In this document: positions 10,371 to 20,376 of the stretch, piece by piece
Layout of the letters: every line of letters begins with the position of its first letter
How positions within the stretch are numbered: the stretch's first letter is position 1
Origin: Candidatus Bathyarchaeota archaeon
GTDB taxonomy: Archaea; Thermoproteota; Bathyarchaeia; Bathyarchaeales; Bathycorpusculaceae
Assembly: GCA_963767735.1 (NCBI GenBank)
Contig: CAVYES010000004.1
Span: forward strand, 448,001-512,000
DNA length: 64,000 nt
Direction of reading: 5' to 3'
Program-made: the position numbers and the translations under genes
Notes under the pieces: generated by a model
What the model saw: the letters and a program-made list of their open reading frames with translations, nothing else
What the model was told of the DNA's origin: nothing
Databases searched by the model: none

Positions 10371-11726
10371 ATGGTTTTGTTAAATGTTGACGGCGTCGAA
10401 TGCTGCTACGGCTCAATCAAAATCTTGGAGAACGTAAATATATCGGTGAAGGAAGGTGACTTCGTGGGGATCATCGGGCCAAACGGATCAGGAAAAAGCA
10501 CGCTTCTTAAAAGCATAAGCAGGACACTCAAACCCCACAAGGGCGCCATTCTGCTGGACAATAAGGACATTTACTCCATCAAAAGCGTGGATTTGGCAAA
10601 GCAAATGGCCGTAGTTCCACAGGATAACAGCATCAGCTTCAGCTTTACAGCCTTAGAGGTTGTTTTGATGGGGCGCAGTCCACATATGTCAAGGTTCCAG
10701 ATGGAAACTGAGAATGATATGGCTATTGCACGAAAGGCAATGGATTTGACGAATACGTGGCATCTTGCCACACGATTCGTAAACGAGTTAAGCGGAGGCG
10801 AAAGGCAACGGGTAATTATCGCACGTGCGTTAGCACAGAAACCTAAAATTTTGCTTCTGGATGAACCGCTCACGTATCTGGACATTATCAATCAGCTGGA
10901 AATTATGGATCTGGTGAAGTCGCTTTGCGTAAAAGAAGGCATTATTGTTATGGCTGCTATTCACGACCTTAATTTGGCGGCCCGCTACTGCAATTCTGCC
11001 ATACTGCTGAACAAAGGGAAGATTTTTTCTGCTGGACGCATAGATGAAGTTTTAACCAGTGAAAACATCAAAAGCGTGTTCAGAGTAGACGCTATAGTCA
11101 AAAAGAATCTCGTCACAAACTCTCTCTACATTATTCCATTGTCACCTCCAAAATCTTCACCGCTAAAAAACTGCGCAATTCATTTGATTTGCGGGGCTGG
11201 CACGGGAACCGCACTCATGAAGATTCTCTTGGAAGAAGGCTACAGCGTCTCGGCGGGGGTGCTAAACGTGTTAGACACTGATTTTGAGACTGCGCAATTT
11301 CTGAATATACCCGTTGCAAGCGAAGCACCATTTTCATCCACAACCGAGAAGACTCGGAAAGACAACACAGCCATGATCAGCAAAGCGAGCACCGTTGTGG
11401 TGACTTCAGTCCCGTTCGGTCATGGGAACTTGCAGAATTTGGAAGCCGCGAAAGAAGCCCTCATGAGAGGAATTCCAGTTTTCGTTATTGACGAGGTGCC
11501 TATTGAAAGCAGAGATTTCACTAAGGGACAAGCGACAGCATTGTTTGAAAGTTTAAAAAGCATGGGGGCGGTTTTCGTTAAGAACCAAGAAGAGCTTTTG
11601 CACACGCTTAATGTGTCTGAGGAAAAGTTGAAAATGGCAAAGAATGTGCCGTCGAGCATTGCTGATCACTTGAAAGCTGCGCGAGTTTCTCAGGAAAGCC
11701 AGATAAGTGATAAAAGCGAAACTTGA
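10371..11726 (+). CDS. btuD: cobalamin ABC transporter ATPase with C-terminal extra domain
   Basis: GPNGSGKS, LSGGERQR, LLLDEP, HDLNLA; extension beginning HLICGAGTG. Confidence 0.88.
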   Translation: MVLLNVDGVECCYGSIKILENVNISVKEGDFVGIIGPNGSGKSTLLKSISRTLKPHKGAILLDNKDIYSIKSVDLAKQMAVVPQDNSISFSFTALEVVLMGRSPHMSRFQMETENDMAIARKAMDLTNTWHLATRFVNELSGGERQRVIIARALAQKPKILLLDEPLTYLDIINQLEIMDLVKSLCVKEGIIVMAAIHDLNLAARYCNSAILLNKGKIFSAGRIDEVLTSENIKSVFRVDAIVKKNLVTNSLYIIPLSPPKSSPLKNCAIHLICGAGTGTALMKILLEEGYSVSAGVLNVLDTDFETAQFLNIPVASEAPFSSTTEKTRKDNTAMISKASTVVVTSVPFGHGNLQNLEAAKEALMRGIPVFVIDEVPIESRDFTKGQATALFESLKSMGAVFVKNQEELLHTLNVSEEKLKMAKNVPSSIADHLKAARVSQESQISDKSET

Positions 11727-11761
11727 AAAATAAGTTGACTTGATCATCGGCGGCGGGGAAT

Positions 11762-12523
11762 ATGAAGGAAAATGTCACTAAATATAAAGAAAACAAGTTG
11801 GACCTCGAATTAAAAGGAATAGATGCACGAGTCATTTACCATCAATATGACGGTGTTGAGCTTAACACCGCGCTTGTCTCGTTTGGTGAAAAACGTAAAG
11901 TACTTTCAACGGTAGACGGGCTTAAACAAGTCAAATTTGTCGCGAACACGTATGTTCCGCTGGTCTTGGCAAACAGCACCATGACGATAAAAAAACATCA
12001 GAAGTTTATGCGACGATTACCTTACAATTTAGGAATCAACCCGAAAGACGTTACTTTCATTGCCACTGCAGTGAACATGGAAAAAATGGCTATCTGCGAG
12101 AAGTCTTATCAAGATTTCAAGGTATGCTGCCTCGCCACTGGAGGGGCCAAGGACAACGCTTTGAGAATGGGCGTGGACGTTGGGAACTGGGTTGAGAAAA
12201 AAACATGTTTTCAATCTGCATCGGGCACAATAAATATAATTATTCTGACAAATGTCGTTTTAACTGTCGGCGCCATGGCTCGAGCTATCATGACAGCTAC
12301 AGAAGCTAAGACGGCTGCCCTTGAAGATAGAGGTGTGAAAAGCACAGCGTCTCCTCAACTGCAAGCAACCGGCACAGGAACTGACAGCATGATTGTCGTT
12401 TCCGGAGTAGACACTGATACGGTAATCCGACATACAGGGGGTCACACCAAAATGGGTGAATTAATAGCTGTCTCAACCAAAATAGCCGTCAGCGAAGCGC
12501 TAAAGAACCATGATGGCCCCTAA
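11762..12523 (+). CDS. cbiZ: adenosylcobinamide amidohydrolase
   Basis: TAVNM, GTINII, TATEAK.AAL, ATGTGTD, GGHTKMGELI. Confidence 0.9.
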   Translation: MKENVTKYKENKLDLELKGIDARVIYHQYDGVELNTALVSFGEKRKVLSTVDGLKQVKFVANTYVPLVLANSTMTIKKHQKFMRRLPYNLGINPKDVTFIATAVNMEKMAICEKSYQDFKVCCLATGGAKDNALRMGVDVGNWVEKKTCFQSASGTINIIILTNVVLTVGAMARAIMTATEAKTAALEDRGVKSTASPQLQATGTGTDSMIVVSGVDTDTVIRHTGGHTKMGELIAVSTKIAVSEALKNHDGP

Positions 12524-12568
12524 GTAGGTTAAAGAAAGAACAGACGAAAACGCAAGAGGACTAAAGCC

Positions 12569-13282
12569 TTGGCAAAACTCTACATAGTCGGCGCGGGTCC
12601 CGGATCGCCAGATTACGTTACCCCAGCGGCTAGAAAAGCAGTGCAGGAAGCGCAAATGGTGATAGGCGCGGATTGTGTTCTGGATCTTTTTCGAGAAGAC
12701 ATCAAAGGCCAAACTTTGACGTTAACGTGTGAAAACATATACGAGGCATTAAAATGCGCTTTGGATTCAGTCGAAAGCGGAAAAACCGTGGCGGTTATTT
12801 CTACTGGTGACCCAGGATTCTCGGGGATGCTCGGTTCTGTTTTGCGGAGGCCTTTAGGGAAAAGCGTTGAAGTTAATGTCGTGCCAGGAATAAGTTCTAT
12901 GCTCGCCTGCGCGGCTAAACTTCGCATGCCGTGGGATGATGCTGTTCTGATAACTTTTCATAAGGGGGCAACCATGGAGAGGAAGCGTGAGTTTGAAGAT
13001 GCTGTTAAAGCTGGGAAAACAGTTATGCTCCTTCCCGACCCAGCTGCTTTTACTCCCAGCGAAATTTCAGAATATCTCCTCAAAGCCGGCGTGAACAAAG
13101 AGACCAGCGTCGCAGTCTGTGAGAATTTAACCTTAGCTAATGAGAAAATAGTTGAAACAACATTAGAGGGAGCAATAAATTGCAGTTTCGATCCCACATG
13201 TGTTGTGGTAATTAAAGGTGACCTGAAAAAGTTATCACGGAAGTCGCTCGTGGTGCCATTTGTCGAAAATAAAGAAGAATGA
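12569..13282 (+). CDS. cbiE: cobalt-precorrin-7 C5-methyltransferase-like tetrapyrrole methylase
   Basis: IVGAGPGSPDYVT, STGDPGFSG, VPGISS, VCENL. Confidence 0.82.
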   Translation: MAKLYIVGAGPGSPDYVTPAARKAVQEAQMVIGADCVLDLFREDIKGQTLTLTCENIYEALKCALDSVESGKTVAVISTGDPGFSGMLGSVLRRPLGKSVEVNVVPGISSMLACAAKLRMPWDDAVLITFHKGATMERKREFEDAVKAGKTVMLLPDPAAFTPSEISEYLLKAGVNKETSVAVCENLTLANEKIVETTLEGAINCSFDPTCVVVIKGDLKKLSRKSLVVPFVENKEE

Positions 13283-13292
13283 TGCAGCAAGA

Positions 13293-14173
13293 TTGGTGGA
13301 GCAATCACTCGTTTTGCCTGATGGGCGACGTCTTGGGTATCTCATTGTTGGCGAGGGCAAACCTGTCGTGTATTTCCACGGCACTGCCAGTAGCCGTTTA
13401 GAAGTTAGGCTCCTGACCGAGCTGGCTCACAGGGCAAAGTTGCAGATAATCAGAGCATAGATCGCCCAGGCTACGGCTTATCAACTTTTTTGCCCCCGAA
13501 AAGCCTTTGTGATTTTGCATGGGACGTTAATTTCTTGGTTGACCATTTAGGTATCGAACGATTTGGGGTTATCGGGTGGTCCGGAGGCGGCGCCTTCGCA
13601 CTTGCTTACGCGGCGCGTTTTCCCGAACGCATAACTCAAGCTTTGATTGTTGGCGCGCCTGCCCTGCCTTTTGACGTATCAACCGCACATAACATGCCGT
13701 TTGCTCGTTACGTCATGAAACTGCCATTTCTGGGTATGTTGGCTTTGCAGAGAATGCAGGCTCAAGCGTTAAAGGCCAACGGTGATATCGGGGCTTTTTT
13801 AGCGTCGGGCGAAGGAAGAAGAATGCTTAAAGGGTTGCCTAAAGAAGACGCAAAATTTTTTTCCAGTAAGGAGTGGGCTGATTTGATGTGTGGGTCTATG
13901 GCTGAAGCTTTTCGTCAAGGCTACATAGGTGTTAAAACGGTGTTTTTGGAGCATCAGCTTTTCATGAAGCCTTGGCCTGTTTCCTTTTCAAAAATTCCTG
14001 CGGGAAAAGTTTTCGTCTGGCAAGGCGCCCAGGACAAAACCTGTAGGGTGGATAACGCCTACCGAATTGCACGCGTTGTTCCTGGGGCGCGGTTGGAAAT
14101 TTTTGCTGACCGAGGGCATTGCGTCATGTTTGATAACTTCGATAAATTAAGTGAAGTTTTTCGTTCCTGCTAA
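13293..14173 (+). CDS. alpha/beta hydrolase; frameshift ~13455
   Basis: LPDGRRLGY, YFHG, DRPGYG, GWSGG nucleophile elbow, terminal GH; an extra AG splits the ORF. Confidence 0.85.
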
Positions 14174-14294
14174 TTATGTTGATTTCTTGTTTAAAACAGG
14201 TTCCAAAAATAACCCGCGGGAAATTCAAGTGAAAAAGGATGGTTTAAATGGCTAATTCGGTAATTCGAATAATCTATCCAACCCAAAAGAGGGC

Positions 14295-15397
14295 ATGAAA
14301 AACGCTTTCGAATAAACCAACCAGCGAGAAACACGAGAACAGATTAGACCATTTTATTTGGTCTTGCACAAGAGCGTTCCCAGTGAGGCACGCTTATTCA
14401 CTCGGCGACGGGAAACCATTGCCTGGGGAACTCACCACTAAAGAAGCTAAATTGCTCATCGACAAAGCAGCAGATTTCGGCGCTGACAACATGTTCATTA
14501 CAGGTGCAGGTTGGACTGGGGAACCCTTGATGCGGAAAGACTTCTTGGAAATAATTCGTTACACTGCAGAGTTCAATTTGGCTCCCTACGTGAAGGTTAC
14601 GGGTTGGCATTTCGACGGCGCGGTCGCTAAAGAACTTGCTTCGGGGAATTGTAAGGCAATTATCAGTCTTGCCGGCCTCAAAGAGGTCGACGGCTTTCTC
14701 CGCGGGAAGGGCGCATTCGAAGACAGCATTACCGCTGCCCGACTCTGTAAGGAATATGGGGTGCCCTTTGCGATTAGTGTGATAAACACAAAATACGTTG
14801 CAGACCAAGTTAGCGATTTAGTGAAGCTTTCATTGGATCTATGCGCAAAAGGCTTCCATTTAGCATCTCTTATTCCACAGCCAATTTGCGTAGAAGAACA
14901 ACTTGCCAAGTTGGGAGCCGATGGAACCCACTCCCGAAGCCCGCGAGAAACAACTAAATGAAATTTACGAATTGAACAAGACGGTGCGCGACAAAATCTT
15001 AATTGTACCCTACGAAATGTTCAACAACCGCGTTTTGAAAACTAAAGAACCCGCTCGCGAACTCCATAGCATGTGCAGCCTCTGCGATAACCTGACAAAA
15101 TATGAATGGCTCGAAATACTTGATGACGGAAAAGCATACGGCTGCGCCCCGCTAAATCTAGTCTTTGGAGACATTAGAAAAGACAGCGTCAAAGAAATCA
15201 TGGATCGAATGCGCACCTCAGAAGCAATTGAAAAGTTGGCTGACCGCAAAAACCTTAAAGGAAAATGCGGGATATGCGAATTCAAAAATATCTGCGGCGG
15301 CTGCCGTGCAAGAGCCTACATCTACTCAAAAGACCCGCTTAACCAAGATCCAGCTTGCGCTTATCGCCCCAAAAACCAAAAAACAAAACAAACCTAA
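14295..15397 (+). CDS. radical SAM/SPASM-like protein (Ahb/NirJ-type) lacking CxxxCxxC; two probable indels
   Basis: ELTTKEAK, GEPLMRKD, SPASM KCGICEFKNICGGCRARAY..DPAC; cluster segment reads WSCTRAFPVRHAY. Confidence 0.75.
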
Positions 15398-16171
15398 CAA
15401 ACCGCTTGTTTGTTTCCGACAATTATGATGTTTGCGCTTTCAAGATCCCGAAACTCCGCAAACTCAAAATTCCCATAAGTTCTCAAATTCTTAAACCCCG
15501 CTTTCATCATCAAAGAAGAAAGCTTTTTCGGAAATTGGGTTATAATCTACAGAATTAACTTCAAATTTTGGAAGCCCATCACTTTCAATGTATGAGACAA
15601 CGTTGAAGGTCACTTTTGAGGGATAAGAATCTAAAACGTAAAAGAACAGTTTCAAATCTCCGTTCGGTTCCTTATGATGGTGAACTGGAAAAATCTTCGT
15701 CTTATCCCTGATTAATTTGGGTATGTTTCTTATTTGAACTATCACCACGCCCTCCTCGTTCAAGACGTGATAAATGCTTTCCAAAGCCGATGATACACCT
15801 TGCTTTTCCAGTTCATGGGTTAAAGAGTTGCCAACGCAGACGACGCAGTCAAATTTCCGATTGAACGCCTCCGTTAGTTTTTTAAAATCCGCCTGAACAA
15901 AATTTACCTCAACCCCTAAAGCAACTGCATTTATCTTTGCGCACTGTACCATTTCAGAACTTAAATCGCAACCTTCAGCATCGAAGCCTAACTGTGAAAA
16001 AGCTATCACGTGCTTCCCAGTTCCACAGGCGCAGTCAAGAATAGATTTCACCCTGCTTTCGTCAAAAATCTTTTTGAAAAAGGGAATAATCTTCTGATAC
16101 CGCTCATTGGAAAGCATTACATCATATTTTGACGCAAACGCTTCATAAAACTGCGGTGAATTATTGTTCAG
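15394..16171 (-). CDS. class I SAM-dependent methyltransferase (glycine/sarcosine N-methyltransferase-like); indel near 3' end
   Basis: ILDCACGTG, FDCVVCVGNSLTH; frame open upstream (FYEAFASKYD); C-terminus KAGFKNLRTYGNF in a shifted frame. Confidence 0.75.
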
Positions 16172-16888
16172 GGTTATTCTTCCTATTCTTATTCAAAGGC
16201 GTTAGCTTGTACGAGAAATAGGTCCAGCCAGCCCTGTCGTTTTTCAATAATTGTTTTCTTCTAAATCCGTGTTTTCTGATCAGATGCTTCAAATAAGCGA
16301 TGTCTCCGGAGGTTCCGAAGGCGATCAGCATTCTTCCCTCAGGATTCAAGTATTCTTTTGCCTGCTTAAAGAACCGTTGCAGAGACGCATAATCCTTGTC
16401 CGCACTGCTTCTTTCCCATGCATCTCTTGGTTCAGACCACCTGAATGGCGGGTCAAAAAGTATTAAGTCAAACTTTCCATGAACATTCCCAAACAAATCG
16501 CTTTCGAAGCCTTCACTTGAGAACATAATTTGTTTAGTTTAACGTTCCTCTCTGAAAGCTTTACGGCAAAAGGGTTCACGTCAACTGCGGTCACGCTAGT
16601 TGATTTGGAAGCTGCGAGAATCGCTTGTACTCCGCTTCCAGTGCCCATATCCAAAACCCTGTCTGTTTCCTTAACTTCTTTCAAAACTGATTTTGCCAGC
16701 AGATTATGATCAAATGGAACGGGAGCAAAAACGTCTCTTGACACAAGGATTTTCCTGCCAGCAAAATTAATGGATGTACTCTGTTTTCCGTTTAAATGCA
16801 TTTCGTAAACTCTGTTTTGCCAATCAAGCCTTCTAGCAGCTTCGACTTCTGACATCATAGGTTTGTGTACCATAATGCTGGTTAACAT
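16161..16888 (-). CDS. HemK-like methyltransferase; frameshift ~16510
   Basis: VLDMGTGSG, AVDVNP, ESDLF, FDLILFDPPF across two ORFs. Confidence 0.8.
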
Positions 16889-16979
16889 TGTTTAGCTTTT
16901 AACATTTTCCTGTTTAGGGCATATACCAAGCAACACCAGCATCGCCTGCATACTCAAATATAAAAACGCAAGCTTCAAT

Positions 16980-17777
16980 TCAAACCCTGTTATAAGGGTA
17001 AATCCGATTTTTCTCAAGGTAAGACAGCGACTGCTTTGTTTTCTCTAATGTGACTTGTTCCAGAACGATTTCCGGGCTCATTTGATGTTTTTCAATAACT
17101 TTTGTGAACTCTTGCCAGTCAATTTTGCCTTGACCAACTTCTAAATGCTCGTCTTTTTCTCCACAGTTATCGCTTATGTGCACATAAGACATCTTGTCGC
17201 CAAGTGCATCAGCCCATTCACGAAAGGGCATTTTAGAGTAAACATTCAAGTGACCGACATCAACGCAAACCTTTAGTCTGGGTGAACTGAGTTCGTCGAG
17301 TAGTTCTTTGAACATTTCGGGGGTCGGTTCCCAAGTATTTTCCAAAAGGATCGTAACATCGTATTTCTCAAGAACTTCCTTCCAGAAAACAAGGTTTCTT
17401 TCCACCCAGTTTTTCCTGAAATAATTGTCCTTCACAAGTGGATTGAAGTTCCCATGGAAAACGACTTGAGTTGCCTTCAGCGTCTTAGCCGCTTTCAAGC
17501 TGTCTAAAACCCGTTCTTTCGAGGATTCTGCTATTTTCTTGTCGCTGCTGTGGACAAGAACGTCTTGGAATACGCCGTGGAATGAGATTTTTCCTTTGAA
17601 CGCAAAAAGTCTCGCCTTATGCTCACGAAGAATTTTGTGCCAATCGGTATCATATACGTTTGCATAAGCAAAAGTCGCGATTTCCAAGTTGAACTTGTTG
17701 TCGTCTGCGAAATCAACGAAATCTGAAAAGGTATCGTGGACTAAAGGTTGCACGTAGATCTTAGACATAAGCGCCAC
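16980..17777 (-). CDS. sugar phosphate isomerase/epimerase (AP endonuclease 2-type TIM barrel)
   Basis: LEN, DVGH, HISDN.G..D.HL..G.G.IDW. Confidence 0.85.
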   Translation of the reverse strand: MALMSKIYVQPLVHDTFSDFVDFADDNKFNLEIATFAYANVYDTDWHKILREHKARLFAFKGKISFHGVFQDVLVHSSDKKIAESSKERVLDSLKAAKTLKATQVVFHGNFNPLVKDNYFRKNWVERNLVFWKEVLEKYDVTILLENTWEPTPEMFKELLDELSSPRLKVCVDVGHLNVYSKMPFREWADALGDKMSYVHISDNCGEKDEHLEVGQGKIDWQEFTKVIEKHQMSPEIVLEQVTLEKTKQSLSYLEKNRIYPYNRV

Positions 17778-17863
17778 TTTCCATAATTCATCATCAGAGC
17801 TCTATCAAAGTTTTCGTTATTCTCCCTTCCGTTTATTGATTTGCTTCAGGCGTTAATTTTCAG

Positions 17864-18625
17864 TTATGATGCCATTTTCTCAAGTGACCTCAACGCCCAC
17901 AGGAACACGAGGATTGCAAGTACGATGATGACTACAAATCCCTCTAAAATTCCGATGCTGTGAAAGTTCCCTGCAAATAATGCGCGTGCAGCGTTAACTG
18001 AGTACGAGAATGGGTTAATCTTAGCTAGGTCCTGAAGCCACAGAGGTGCAAACGCGAGGGGAAGGATGATGCCTGAAAGCAGAGAAAGAGGCAGCGTTAT
18101 TGTATTCAAGGTGGGGGCGAGGGAGTCTTCAATTTTGAAGATAAGAGCGAAACCGTATGAAATAGATGCCATTGTAATTCCGATTAAAGCGTACAGCAGC
18201 AGAGAAAGCGAAAACCCGTAGATGTTTACGCTTAAACCAAACGGAATAGCAACCAATGTAATTAAAACGCATTGAAGCAGAAGAACAACTGCGTCTCTCA
18301 GAACCCTGCCTAAAAGAATCGCTGGGCGATTCACTGGGCTAACTAAAAAGCGTTCTATAACTCCAGATCGGATATCGTCAATAAGTGAGAACCCAACAAA
18401 CGCCGTGCCGAATAGGGCTTGCAGAACCAAAAGTCCAGGAATGAAAACGTTAACCGTTATTCCCTGGGAAAAACCGGGAACGGCGCCTAGACCTTTGAGA
18501 AGCGGCATAAAGAGAAGCAGATACATGAGTGGCTGGAACATGCTTGCAAAAACGAAAACAGGGCTTCGGAGTGTATGCTGCATGTTACGAATGAACATCA
18601 ACTTTGTGTCATGCAACATTTTCAT
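17864..18625 (-). CDS. ABC-2 type exporter permease (DrrB-like)
   Basis: QPLMYLLLF, six TMs, P.WL..LAKINPFSY.V. Confidence 0.9.
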   Translation of the reverse strand: MKMLHDTKLMFIRNMQHTLRSPVFVFASMFQPLMYLLLFMPLLKGLGAVPGFSQGITVNVFIPGLLVLQALFGTAFVGFSLIDDIRSGVIERFLVSPVNRPAILLGRVLRDAVVLLLQCVLITLVAIPFGLSVNIYGFSLSLLLYALIGITMASISYGFALIFKIEDSLAPTLNTITLPLSLLSGIILPLAFAPLWLQDLAKINPFSYSVNAARALFAGNFHSIGILEGFVVIIVLAILVFLWALRSLEKMAS

Positions 18626-19629
18626 TTTGCAACATCCTCCCTTAGTGATCGGCCTGTGTACTTTAGAAAGACATCATCTAGGCTGGGTCGGGATAACGTT
18701 ACGGTTTGCGCCTCCAAGTTTCTTGCGTCCAATGAACGCAAAAGGTCAGGCATCTTTTTCTCTCCGTCTTTAAGGGTTAAATGGACTGAATTGTCCGTAG
18801 TTTGAATTCTCTCTACCTTGATCTTCTCATTTAACATGGTTTCAGCATTGCGAGCGGTTTCCTCTGTTAGAAAACTAAAAACTATCGTGTCGCCGCCAAC
18901 AGAGCTTTTTAACTCCCCAGGCGTTCCAGTCACAATAATTTTTCCGTTATCTATAATTGCGATTGTGTCACAGAGTTTGTCGGCTTCATCCATGTATTGA
19001 GTGGTTAAAAAGATGGTGATGCCGTCAGCTTTCAGTTTTTTTATTTCTCCCCACAGATAGGCTCTACTTTGGGGATCAAGACCTGTTGTCGGCTCATCAA
19101 GAAGAAGCAGTTGCGGATGGTGAATCATCCCAAGCGCAATATCCAAACGGCGTTTTTGTCCACCAGAATAGGACTGAGCTGGTCTCTCTATGAATGTGTT
19201 CATCTGGAGACGCTCAACGAATTCAGCCGCGGATTTCTTTGCAGCCAAAGCATCTATACCGTACAGTTGAGCTTGCAGGACTAGGTTTTGAAAACCCGTC
19301 GAATACAAGTCTGCTCCACCTGCTTGACTCACGCATCCAATGTTCTGTCTAATCTGTTCCTGCTGTTTTGCTAAGTCATATCCAAGAACCTTGGCTTCTC
19401 CACCGGTCGGACACAGCAGTGTTGAGAGCATTTTCTGCGTGGTAGATTTGCCGGCGCCGTTTGGACCAAGAAAACCGAAGATTTCCCCTTTCCTAACAGT
19501 AAGATCTATACCTTTAACTGCCTCTACCTCTTTTTTTGCTCCCCTCTCTTTAGAAACGAAAGTCTTTCGAAGCCCCTTAGTCTCGATTACCAAATCTCCA
19601 ATCATGTTGAAACACCATGAATAATACAT
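18622..19629 (-). CDS. ABC exporter ATP-binding protein (DrrA-like)
   Basis: GPNGAGKST, YSGGQKRR, LDEPTTGLDP; H-loop reads TTQYM. Confidence 0.9.
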   Translation of the reverse strand: MYYSWCFNMIGDLVIETKGLRKTFVSKERGAKKEVEAVKGIDLTVRKGEIFGFLGPNGAGKSTTQKMLSTLLCPTGGEAKVLGYDLAKQQEQIRQNIGCVSQAGGADLYSTGFQNLVLQAQLYGIDALAAKKSAAEFVERLQMNTFIERPAQSYSGGQKRRLDIALGMIHHPQLLLLDEPTTGLDPQSRAYLWGEIKKLKADGITIFLTTQYMDEADKLCDTIAIIDNGKIIVTGTPGELKSSVGGDTIVFSFLTEETARNAETMLNEKIKVERIQTTDNSVHLTLKDGEKKMPDLLRSLDARNLEAQTVTLSRPSLDDVFLKYTGRSLREDVAK

Positions 19630-19922
19630 TTAACTTCATAACCGTGAAAAAAGATAAACTCACCTTTCAGAAGTCGCCTGATCGATATTGAACTATGCCG
19701 TCTATTTGCCAAAACCTAAAACCTTCTAAACCCCCTTACAAAGAGAGCTATATAAGAATTTTTACGAGTAATAGCACCAAAACACACCGCTCATCAACCA
19801 ACTAATGCACTAAACAGTTAAAGCCTGAACGCGAGAGACATTATTGGAAAAGATTAACACAGTTATTTTTAACTGAAACAACAAAGCGTATTTGCTTGCC
19901 AGTTTTGGACGACTCAATTCAT

Positions 19923-20066
19923 TTATCTGCAGCTTAACGAGATTGTGTCCGGCACAAATATTTCAATCGTTTCAGCGCTAGTTTTTTTCGTTTGTTTTTT
20001 TCTTTGCTGCAAATGTTCTTCCAAATCTCGAGTTTGATAATTTAGTAAAGAGCACATGATTGTCAT
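19923..20066 (-). CDS. possible small protein (47 aa)
   Basis: MTIMCSLLNYQTRDLEEHLQQRKKQTKKTSAETIEIFVPDTISLSCR; no recognisable motif. Confidence 0.2.
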   Translation of the reverse strand: MTIMCSLLNYQTRDLEEHLQQRKKQTKKTSAETIEIFVPDTISLSCR

Positions 20067-20376
20067 TTCAGTTTTACGTTATTAGGTTTTATGAATTGCC
20101 GGTTCATAAAAAGGCGGTCGCTTAAGGCTAATTAAAATCCCAAATCCAAAAAACCAACTTAAATAAGCTCTGAACCGAGCTTATCTATAAATCTCTACTA
20201 TTTGTGAAGAAAAATTGGCTCAAAAACAAACTAAAAACAAGCCCGTCAGGAAGATGGGGAAGAAGAGGGGCTATTTACCGTTGAAATAACCCTGTTAAAG
20301 GCATAATGGCAACTATTTGGAATAAAGCGTCAGATAACTACATTAGAAATTAGGAAAAGGGAGAGGGATAGATTGT

